Source: Podarcis vaucheri | Taxonomy: Eukaryota | Strand: one strand, 5' to 3' | Length of the DNA: 64,000 nucleotides | Assembly: GCA_965113315.1 (NCBI GenBank) | Contig: OZ220365.1 | Shown here: in pieces, positions 27,001 to 39,000 of the stretch | How positions within the stretch are numbered: position 1 is the stretch's first letter | How the letters are laid out: each line of letters opens with the position of its first letter | Position numbers and translations under genes: made by a program | Notes under the pieces: model-generated | The model's database searches: none | The model's input: only the letters and a program-made list of their open reading frames with translations | Told to the model about the DNA's origin: nothing

Positions 27001-30000
27001 GACCACTGGTCCTGTTAGCTAGGGATGATGGGAGTTGTAGTTCAAAAACAGCTGAAGGGCCAAATTTGGCCACCACTGCTATAGGCTCTACAGCGTAGAG
27101 AGATGTGTGCAGACATAGTTTGTGTGTATGTGTGACTTTTTTATTAAGAGATTTCTATATCACCCTCCACCAAAAATAGTCATGGGATGGTTTACAAAAA
27201 TGAGATTATATAAAAACATGTCACAGAACTTAAAGCAGAAATAGTAAAACTATTCTCATAAGTTGCAGAAATAGCATGTTGTAAGCATGTTTCAGTATGT
27301 GTTTCTTGATGAGGGATAATAATGCTTCGTTAGTTTCCATAACAAAGTGACTTTAACATTTTAAAAATCTTGTTTTGTGGTTATTATAACATTCTGCACA
27401 GTTAATTTGGGGGGGGGATGGATGTTAAAAGTTCATGTCCCAACACCTGTCTGCTTTCTGAGTCCATTTTGCTAGCCAAATTTCACGCATTAGCTCATCA
27501 AATTCCCTAAGAAAAGAATGTAGACTAGCCTTCTCCTACATTTTCCAATGCTTTTAGTTGCTTTCCGCTATTACCAAAAGCTATTTTGATAATGAATTTC
27601 CTTTGTTAGTGTGTATGTGTGCTTACATAAGACAATGCAAAGTGCACCTGAATTGACAGAGACAAGAGGAGAGATTATCAAATGAGTCTGCTAACATGAT
27701 GCATCATTTTTCATTCATTAAGCCTGGATTTTACATGTTTAAAAGCTTACTTTGCTTGCTTTGCCCCTCACAAGTGTGCTAATTTAGAAGATCCTCTTTT
27801 AGTAGGGGCCCAGCCTGAAAGAAGTCGGCAACTGTCAGAGTACATCAAGTGACCTGAAGTCTCTCTCTGGGTCATATATTTCCCCAGAATGCACTGTGCA
27901 TCTTTGACTCCAGGGAGTCCCTTGTATTCACTAGATTTTGATGGCAGCACCTGGCTCGACAGAGCCTACCTCAGCCACTGTGGCACAAATAGGTTGGTTT
28001 AGTGTTGTCAGGGTAATGTATTCCAAGCCTGGATGGGATGTTGCACCACTCTGAATACGCCACTTTCAACAACTCCGAGTGTGTAGACACACACGGCCAT
28101 AAAGTGCATTCATTGTCTTCTGCAGATACATTTTTTTGGTCAGTGCACCCACACCGTCATCTTCATATTGTTGGTACATTGTTCTTTTGGTGTTTTGAAA
28201 GTGCCTTTCAGTGGAACAGTTAAAAGCTGTCTTGCATTTTGTGACACATTCTGAAATGCATTTGGCTTGTGTGGAAACAGAGAACACCTCCTATTGGGCA
28301 GGGTCTTATGACATTGTTAGTCCGCCCCTGAACCATGGAGATTAACCTGAGAAAAACCTGAGCCACTTGGTGTTCTAGTCTACCTGAAAGATAATCAAAT
28401 TGTTTTAAAATGTGGCTTAAAATGTCTGAACAATTATTTTGAGCGCTGCTGTTGTTGTTGCTACTAAAGTGTTAATATCAGTTCACTCACAATGTTATTG
28501 TCTCATGTTCTGCAGAGCTCAAATTATGGGGAGAAAGGCAGGGGGCTCTTAATAAGACCCTTTATTTAAGACCCTTATTAAAATCCATCCATTTTAGCCA
28601 GGAAAAAAAATGCTCCTGTAGCCTTCTAAAAACAGTGACTGGGGTGGAGGGAATTAGAAAATGATAGCTTCACCTGTTCTCCTTTCCCCGCAGGATTGAG
28701 TAAAGGCTATGAGAACTTGACTCTATACAGCAGATGTTTATCCTTTGTTCCATGAGCATTACCCAGGGGTTCTGTGTAATTTTACAACCTCCTGCCTCTA
28801 CTTCACTCTCCCACTTCTGCAGACCAATCATCTAAGTTTCACACTGCAAATTAAAAACTTTTTTTGGAGTGAGATTCCCCCTCAAAAAAGATTAAATAGA
28901 ACATACCCCAATGTTAGTAGCTTATGCTGAAGGTGTCAGTTTAATCAAATTTTCCATATTCTCTGGTCATCTTCATAGAGCAGATCATATTGGCACCAAA
29001 TATTAATGGAAATAAGTGAAACTGTGGAATACGAACTGCATCAAGATCTCTAATACAGTAATATTGTTTGGATACATCAAGGAAGTTGCATTACAGGAAG
29101 ATGAATAAATTATCCTTCACCTTCTTATGTCACCCTGGCTTTAAAGCACATGATTTCCCCCCAAAGAGTCCTGGGAACTGTAGTTCCCATCTCACAGGAG
29201 TACAATCCCCAGAATCCTTAACAAATTGCAGTTTCTATGTTTCTTTGGGCGAAGTTATGTGCTGTTGGGTGTGCATTAAATGTATGGTGTGGATAATGCC
29301 TATATGTCAAGCATGTGGAGTGGGGCAAGAATAAGATCCTCCAGAAAAAGAAAATTGGCTAACCAAGTTCTGAGTTATGGTTCAAATGCTCAAACTTACA
29401 AATATAATAAGGATTAGGGAAGGCCGACAGCAAGATGATTCATTGAAATGTGAGGCTTGTTTATATCATACTGTATTGGAATGTAAGGATGCAGGAGGAA
29501 ACAAATGCATATAGTTTATTGAAGCAGACATAGATTTAAATATATTTGAAGTCTAGTTGCACATTAAATATGGCTGGCTAAAGTAATCTCATTTTAGATT
29601 ATTTTATAAATTAAAATAAAAGATTGGGTTGTCTTATATTGAAAAATGTTGAATGTCCTTGTACAGTATGTATCCAATATTTATATAACATTTCTGTATT
29701 TGTAGACAAATTAATTTAATAATGGATTTTTGTCTTTAGTGCTTATGATAATAAAATTTATATTCATAAAAAGGAAAAAAGGAAAAGTTAATCTCGAGTG
29801 TCAATATAGTGTGTCAAGGATGAAATATGTGATTTGCACTAAGAAGATATCAATGTAACTTTCTAGAAGATGGTGAACATACGCAACCTATCATTTTTTG
29901 TTTTTGTTCATAGTCGGCCTCAAAGACAGAGAAGAGAAACACATGGAGAATCACACAAGCAAGGCGGGTATGCTACTAAAAACGGAACAGGCCAATGTCC

Positions 30001-33000
30001 TTTCCTATGCCTTCTCTCCTTCGTAACCACCCCTACCCTCAGCAGAAGTCAGTACTGATAAAGTTTTCAGATCACACCCATGCCAGTGTAACTAGAAGAG
30101 TAACACAGCAGAGCTTCAAGATCTTGGTTCTTTTCCATTGTCAGCTATTTCAGACTTGACAGTGAGGAAAACTCTTTGCCACACAGTTCAACGTGAAGTG
30201 TTTTAGAGCCTCAAGTCACAAGACAATTATTCACACTATATACATGAAGTTAGAAGATGCTGGTGCATCATAAACTATGCACTACTAATAACTAAGTATA
30301 ATAACCTGGGCTTAGGAGGTTGTAGTAAACATGGCACAAGAGACTCAAAAAGGGGAGAGATTCATACAAAGCTGCTGGATGCTGCTAGCTTTACATCAGC
30401 CGACACACATACACACAGGGGAGGCAGGGAGAGAGAGACTTCTCCTTTGGGCAGGAAGTCATGCCAGAAGCCTGTCACTTTGAGCTGTTTTCAGGAGGCA
30501 TGATTCTTGTCTGGGACCAATAGCAGGTGGTAGAGCACCTGCTTTGCACACAGGAAGTTCCTAGCATCTTCAGAAAGGGCTGGCATGGAGCCCTGTCTGA
30601 AACTGGAGAGCTGCTGCCAGTTAGAAGATCTTAAGTTAGGTAGACCAGTGATCTGATTCAGTACAAAGCAGCTTCCTATACAAAATTAAATCCAGGGGTA
30701 TGAAAGCCAACGGAAGATGCTACCTCTCCCTCCCATTCTGCTGGGTGATACTGGTAATGGTGAAAACAAGCAGCCGGCCAGCAGAGCTCTTGGTCTCAAG
30801 TCTATTTCCAATGGTTACAGTGGAGCAAAAGTATTTAGGCTCAAGTACCACTACCAAGTCACTGTCAACATATCAAGTAACCAGCGTGTTGCAAACTTGA
30901 AATCGAAGCTGTGGGCCTGAGCAGCAAATTACCTCAGCCCTGCTTTCGAGATAAACCAGGCACACATCCAGCTCAGACCGCCTAGACTGTGCAACCAAAT
31001 TTGCTTCCCAAGCAGAACTAGCACAACTTTATACTCATCCAGCTAAATGCAGCCTGCACATCAGCCCAGTATGAGGCCTGTCGCATGCATGGCAGCTTCC
31101 CGATTTGACAAGCCCAGACAGACATGAAGAACTGCTTTGCCGCATCTCCAGTGATGGGCTACATTTGGCTTCTGGGGTGTGTGTGTGGAGGTGGGCCTAA
31201 GCTGAGGTGACTGTTCTGAAGTAACTGCTTCTGTGTTTTCGCCCTGCCCTCTTTAAGGCTCTCTTTGCTTTTCCTAAGATATGTGGAGCAGGTATGGAAG
31301 AAGCCTTTTCTCTGCAAACGTGCTTCCGGCCTGGCTGGGTTCCCAACTTGCCACATTTGCACTTGGGCTGCAGCCAGTTGGCTTTTCAGCATTGTTTCTT
31401 TAATGCCTGTCACTAAACTATCTTGGACTTGCTTACAATTCACTTCTCAGTGCTTCCTGGCCCTGCCCCTATTCCTGTTTACTTAGCAATTACGGTAAAG
31501 ATACATTAGATAGCGTGCTACACGCTGCACAATGTTGTGTTTGTTCAATAGGGACTGAAGAATCTGAAACGTGCTTTAGCACTCCTATCACACTAGCTGT
31601 CTAAAAATACACCAGATCATATGGGGTTATTTTTCAAAGGTTTTGCATAGCTCCCCTACTAGTCCGTGGTTGTTGGTGGGTCCAGTTACTTGAGCAGAGC
31701 TGGAGGAGATGAAGTCAGTGACATGTCAAATGTCATTTCATCTCCTCAGTCTGTAATCTTATATGCTCTTTTCTGAGAGGAGGTTCCATTGAACACGGCA
31801 GAACTTACTTCTGAGAAAACAGGCATAGGATTGAACGGCCAATGAACTCGGCGAGGTTATCCACCACTCTAGGAAATATTGGGGCTGAACTATTTTTTAG
31901 GCATTTAACCAATACAATTACTTGATTTGTGTCTCCACACACCAGATTAGTGTGTGGAGATTAGCCCCCTGGAGAACCCACATTAAGGAATAGCGCAGTA
32001 GTAAAGTTGTGTAATTGTGCTTTTCTCTTTTTCCACATAGTCCAATATTGAAACGAAGTCCTGATATCACCAAATCACCACTTACAAAGTCAGAGCAACT
32101 TCTGAGAATAGATGACCATGACTTCAGCATGCGGCCAGGTTTTGGAGGTATGACATGTAAACTTCTGTTGATAATCTCTTTTCCTCTCTGTGTTTTCTTA
32201 AAAACACCTCTTAGTGATTTTCTTAAATAAAAGAAGTCTATAGGAATAGTCAATATCTACAGGTAAAGGTATTCCCTTGCTTTAACCCTGAAGTTTAGCT
32301 TTCATGCGCTCCCCTCAGGAGTGGCACGTCCTACTTTGCCGCCTGAGGCAAAACAGGAAGGTGTCATTCCACATCACCAAAGCCTCCCTTACCTGGGTCA
32401 TGTGGCAGCAGCAGTGATGGCGGGTTCTGGCAAGATCACATGGAGTGCACAGGATCTTGTGAGATCTCCCTGGAAGCCAGTGCCCCTGCCTCTTCTCTGC
32501 CAGCGGTGGAGAAAGCAGGATGAGCCTCTTGGCATTCTGCCACCTGGGGTGCTGCCTCATCCAACCTCATGAGTAGGTCGGCCCTGACTACCCTCACAGA
32601 GTCACTGTGCATTTAGTTAACGCCAGGGCGGGCGGAAATATACGGTAATAAGTGCAGCTTCCTCTATTGCTGCATCCTGATGCTGAGAAGAGCTGTGTAC
32701 ATTGAATTCCTGCCTGCCATTAAGCTGTTAAAGGCGGGGTGGAGAACCTGTGGCTGTCCATATGTTGTCAGGTTACAGTTCCCATCACTCCCTGCTTCAT
32801 TGACCATACTAGTTGGGGATGATGGGAATTGGAGTCCAATAGCACCTGGAGGACCACAGGCTCCGCCCCCTTGTGTTAAGGATGAAACCAGGTGGTCGCA
32901 GAGGCGGGGGGGGGGAATGTGACAAGCAGCTGATGTGGCTTGTTTGCTTGAGTGAAGTGGTTATATTTTGATAAAACTCAAGTAATATATTTTTTTAGGA

Positions 33001-36000
33001 GAGTGAATCAGTGCCCTCCCCCGCTAATCCCAGATGTGGGAGGAAAAGGGTATTTTGAGGGCAATAGGGAAGAGTCTTTTCTGTGGCACTTTTTCTTATT
33101 TCCATATTGAAGGGCTCAGCTCTGGTTTTTAAAACGGGTTCAGATGCCTGACTGAAATTAAGCCACAAATATGTCTGTGACCTTATTTAGCTCAGTAAAC
33201 GCTCCTGTTGTGCTAAAGTGCCTTCAGTTTGGCTCTATCATATTCCTCATATAAGAACTTAAGAACTGCCCTTTGCTTGAGGGTTATTACGGATGGTGGT
33301 TTAAATGTGACGTTTGTTTGGCTTTGCTGGCTAGTTCGTCTCTCTTAACTGATGGGCAGCTGCCTTTTTTAAAAGCTTAGGAACAATGAGCTTTTGTTTG
33401 TTTCTGCAGCGTATCTCTTGCAAGCTTATTGGCCTATCTGAATTGCCAGAGAATTTTTTTTAAGTACAATGTTATGTGCAGATAAGTACAATTCCCTCAT
33501 AAACTTAAATTATAAATGGAAGCCTTAGAACCCCTCCAGACTGGTATTTTATTGTGGATGTATTCTGTGGCACATGTTGGATTAAATCCACTTTCTTTGT
33601 GCTTTCTTTCCCCAATGCTATTATATTATCGCTGTCTGAAAGAGCCACAGTGCAGCAGAAACAGGACAACCCTCTACCCCACAATAACATTTGTTACACG
33701 AACACCAGGAAGCTGCAGGATAAGCATTTATTTGAAATGAAGACCAGAAGCATGACTGGCAAAATACACTTTGACGAGAGGAGTGTTTGAGGAATAGAGC
33801 AGAGTATACTGAGTATACAAAAACAGAATCCTGAGAATACAAAAAAATAGGCATGCCTGTTCTAAAAATGGACATGCCTTCTATTAAAAATAAATTTCAT
33901 GGTATTAAGCTGAATCTTACTGCCTGGTTGGGTCGTATTTCTCTGCAGATGGCAGTGAAATCACAAGGCTTTATTTCACAGCAACTGTGTCTGTACGTGC
34001 ACAATCGTTTATTTTAGAGGTGAGGAACCTCAGGCCTTGGGGCCAAGTGCAGCCCTGTAAGCCTTACCTATCTGGCCTTTGGGAGTTGCCTGAGGCCCCA
34101 CTCCCTCCTCAGGCCCCACCTCTCACCAGCCCGGCTTCATACCCTTCTCCGGTGTTTTTGCCTGGCTGGAATGTGCCTTTGAAGACTGATAATGCCTCTT
34201 AGCTGCCCGGATGGAGAACTCAGAGGGGCATGTGGGTGTTTGCAGAAACTAGCCTACGGTAGAAGAGTAAAATTTACATTTCTTGCTCCACCCACTTTTG
34301 TCTCCAGCCCTGCCTGCTCACCACCACCATGTGGCCCCTTGAATGCTGCCCAGAAGGGAATAAAACCATCAAATTGAAAATGGTTCCCCAGCCCTAATAT
34401 ATATAATATGTCATCAACTAATGCACCATTTTGCTGACCTAGCATTCTCACTACAGAAAGAATATTTTAGATTGCTCCAGGTTAATGTTTTACTTCCAGC
34501 ATTGTGGTTGCGTGCTATACAAAATCCAAGCTTTTAGGACAGAGGATTAGGAAAACATGCTTTCTTATGCCCCACCAGATTAAAGAATGTTGTAATTTAT
34601 CTACCCTTTCCTGGCTGACAGATGGTCATTCAAATCCAAACTACCGGTACTATTTTACCCCTTGATGAGGGAAGCTTATTGTTACTACATGCGCAATATG
34701 CACAATACAAGTTCAATTAGTTGTAAAAGGTTGAGGGTTCTTTGTTGTTGTTGTTTTGTCCAGCACTGTTCATGGACCTTTATGCTTTTAGCAAATCTCA
34801 TGTTCTGTAATTGCATTATTAACTCGTGTAGAATTTGTGTATGCATTTTACTAAGATAATCTTTGCTGAAATAGAAATTATAATATTTATCTCCTAAGTA
34901 TAAAAAGTGGAAAGTGGTACGCCTATTTGGCTGAGTTCAAACAAGTGACTGTACAAAGTGTCAAATGTCTCAAACCATGTTTTCGTATTCTCCTTGCTTC
35001 TCCTTGATCATGGAACTTATTGATGGAGGCAGACAGGTGGTTATAGCACTTGGGGAAGGACTGTAGCTCAATGGTAGAGTATCTGCTTAGGATGCAGAAG
35101 GTTCCATGTGCAATCTCAGCCATCTCCAGGTAGAGCTGGGAGATACTTTTTTGTCTAACATCCTGGAGAGCCACAGCTATGTAGACAATAGTGAGCTAGA
35201 TGGACCATCGGTCTGACTTGGTATAAGGCAGCTTCCTATGTTCCTAATTGAGAGCTAAGTAATGAACCTGCATGTGTGAATCGGCCATAAGTGTTTTGCG
35301 TATATATCAATATCATTTTCATTTTTGATGTCCTGGCTTTTTAGATATTGATCTGCCCAAAGGGACCCCCCGTGCTTCTTACTTTGTGAGTAGGGGTGAC
35401 ACATTCAATCTTCATCCTCTCTTGCTGGAGGAGTAAATGACAAGCCTCCTGTGTGTTGCTTTCACTGCGAGCATCAGGATCTCTGTAATTAGTTAAGGGA
35501 AAACACAGTGCATGGTTTACCTGCTCCATATTAAACCAGTCTTTGCCAACCTGGTATTCTTCCGATGTTTTTGACTATGTATCCCATCAGCACCAGCCAG
35601 CATTGCAGTGTAGTCTAAAACATCTGAAGTCCTCCGGTCTGTGAAGGCCTCTAGTTTGCCTGGGAACCAGCCCAGAGGTGCAAATGGCCTGTGATCTCTC
35701 ACCTAGCAACTGTGTGCTTCTCTTTAATGTTAATGTTTCGTTGTTAGAAGGTTCAGCTCACCCCTAAGTTAATTCTTGGCAGCTAATGACAAATAACCCA
35801 GGTATGATTTGGAGTCCTTTGCTGTGCGGTAACTGCCTGCGTCCTTAGACATGGCAGCCAGCAAACCATTTTGCATGCTTCCCTTCTTTGTGAGAGCCCT
35901 ACTGCAAAATACTTCTTCATATGTTCTCTTTTAAAAACATATAAACAATTCTGATGCGTTGCATGCTGTGTTTTTTATAGGCCCTGCCATTCCTGTCGGA

Positions 36001-39000
36001 GTAGATGTACAAGTTGAAAGCCTGGACAGTATTTCAGAGGTTGACATGGTAAGTGTCATGCCCATGTTTGGATGGTTGTTCTTTCTGAACAAGAGGTTTT
36101 ATGGAATGGGCTACTCTGAAAAACAGACATCATGTTAGGAGTGGGAAAAGAGATTACTGAGGGGGAAACACTTAGGCTGCACGCACACCAAACACTTTAA
36201 CCACATTGTTTCCTCCAAAGAATCCTGGTAACTGACCTACAATTCCCAGCACACTTAACAAACTATAGTTCCCAGGATTCTTGGGGGAGGGAGCACCATG
36301 ACTGCTAGATTGGTTTAAGAATGCTTTAAATGTATGGTTGGGGTATGACCTAAGACATGGATTTGTACATTAGTTTCAAATCCAGTCCAATATTCCAATG
36401 GAAAAAATGTATTTAATACAGCACATCTTTAACTATGGAACAGGGGCAGCCAAACACTTGTAGGATGTCTTTGCCATTCTACCTGAATCTTACAATTGCA
36501 GTGTAAAACTTATTTCCTTTATTACATTGGACTAAGAAATATTTATGGATTAAAAAATAGTAATGTGAATTAATCATGCCAACCTAGCAGTCTGAAAGCA
36601 CATCAAAGTGCAAGTAGATAAATAGGTACCACTTTGGTGGGAAGGTAAATGGCGTTTCCGTGCACTGCCCTGGTTTGCCAGAAGCAGCTTTGTCATGCTG
36701 GCCACATGACCTGGAAGCTATACGCCAGCTCCCTCGGACAGTAAAGCGAGATGAGCGCCGCAACCCCAGAGTCATCCACAACTGAACTTAACTGTCAGGT
36801 GTCCTTTTCATTTACCTTTTTAATGTGAATTAATTTTTCCTTGCCTCAATTTCTGGCTTATGCTAGGACTTCACCATGACACTTTACCTTAGACACTACT
36901 GGAAAGATGAAAGGCTATCGTTTCCAAGTACCAACAACCAAAGCATGACCTTTGATGGCAGACTAGTGAAAAAGATCTGGGTGCCGGATATGTTCTTTGT
37001 GCATTCCAAACGATCCTTTATCCACGACACCACCACAGATAACGTCATGCTCCGGGTCCAGCCAGATGGGAAGGTGCTTTACAGCTTGAGGTAAGGAGAA
37101 ATCCACAAAAATGCTTGGTTGAGCTTCTGGAAGCATGCCGACCTCATCTCTTGTATGGCTGTGTGCATGAATTCTCAGTGGGTGTAACCCAGATCAAGAC
37201 GTATCACAAGTTTGTGCCACTAACATTATCCAAGTTCAGAATAACAGATGACTTAGTGTATATGGAGAGTCATCTGGTGGACGGAGCCATTGTCAGCTTC
37301 AGATTTGGAGGGGCCCTTGAGAACGATGCTCTCAGTGGACCCTCTCCTTTGCCATAGCCATCACTGCCCATTCCCTTGGGTCTCCCTCTGGGCCCACTCT
37401 TCACACTGCCCAGAATGAGGTGCTGCTGTTCCTTCTCTTTTGCATTTGTCACTGCTTGCAGACTTAGCAATAGCAACAGCAAGGAGAAGCAGGGCAAGGG
37501 TGCTCCAGAGCTCAGCAGGGGACCTTATGCTGGAATGTCAGGGGTTAGATTCACTAGAGATAAGTAAGCATAATAATTTGTTATCAGTCAATTTCACAAC
37601 TTGTAACAACAGTCAAGAATGGCAAAGGTCTCCTGACAGTGTTGTCTGGGTGTTGTCCTGCTTTGGGGATTCACGTGTGCCAAGTTTGGTTTGTATAAGA
37701 CAACCCTTTTTTGCTCCTAAGTCAGCAGGGTACCTCCCACCACAAATCTGGTTCACTTCTTTTCAGCGCAAGCCAGACCTGTTAATTCAGAAGCAAGACC
37801 CCATGAGTGATTTCTTCCCTAATCAGTGCAGTCAACACAGCCTACCCTGTGCATGTTGAATGAGACGTACTTCCATTGGATCATTGGGACATCTAGGCAG
37901 AAGCACCAGCTTCTCCAGATGATTGAGGGGGCCCGACGCAACGTCTTGATGTCACACACATCGTACAATGCCCTGACGTCGTGCATGGGGCCCTTTGAAA
38001 ATTGAGGGGGCCCCACCCTCTTAAAAAAAAAGACAGGGGTCCCCATAGTGCCTTGGTCCCAAGGAGCCGGCGCCCCTGCTCCTAGGTATGTGTGCAGAGG
38101 ACTACAGCCTTAGGGAGTGACCCTAGTTGAATGCAAAGGAATTACTTCTCCATATATTGTACTGCCTTGAAACATGTGAAAGTGTTACAAACTAGGCATG
38201 CATCTAATGTGCATTATTCCTGCTTTGTGTTTTCTTTTTAAAATATGTCGCTTTTTAATCATGTAAAAGGAAGACATTTTAAATATGCTTATTCTGTTTC
38301 TAGGGTTACTGTAACAGCTATGTGTAACATGGATTTTAGTCGCTTTCCCCTTGACACGCAAACGTGTTCACTGGAAATTGAAAGCTGTAAGTAAACGGGA
38401 TCTCTACAGAAGGCCCAATGCTGATGCCTCACATTTTGTTTCAAAATAGGGGTTGTGTGCTTTTATTCTGAAAGGGTGTTCCTGTGCTTTCCATAGCTGT
38501 GTGCTGGAGAAATTATGCAACCTCAGCATGAGTGCTGTGCGCACATAATTGGTACTGCTGCCCTAAGAAGAGTGAGCACAGCTCACAATGAATTGTCCCA
38601 CAATTCTTTTTTTCTTACAAAGATATAGGAACAAACACCCTGCTTCTTCTCTGTGGCTACTTTAATTTCAGTTAAAGCCCTCTTGCAAAAGGCAACCGAG
38701 TACAAACTCCCTCCTCTACTGCCCCTGCAAGTCATGGCCCTTGCAGGTCTGTGACTAGATTGGATGACGAGGAGCCTAAAATAATAATTATGTGGTTTTT
38801 TTTATTTAAAAAATGTTGCGGAATAGCCTACAGCTTATACTCCAGCAAACAATCTACAGACAGTACAGTGCCCCTTGTTTTCTTATCTCTTGTTGTGGCT
38901 AATTACTGGGATCATAAAGCATTGTGCAAAAAAAGGAGTAAGTAAAATTACTAATGTAAAAATTTATAAATTAACAGCTGCCCACCTTTTGCTTCCACTT

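Noticed and set aside
2459-33031. CTAATCCC (CRX/OTX2-type) motifs at 2459, 6943 and 33024 as retinal enhancers
   Set aside because: About two copies of any 8-mer are expected by chance on both strands of 64 kb; these are not clustered and no conservation data are available.
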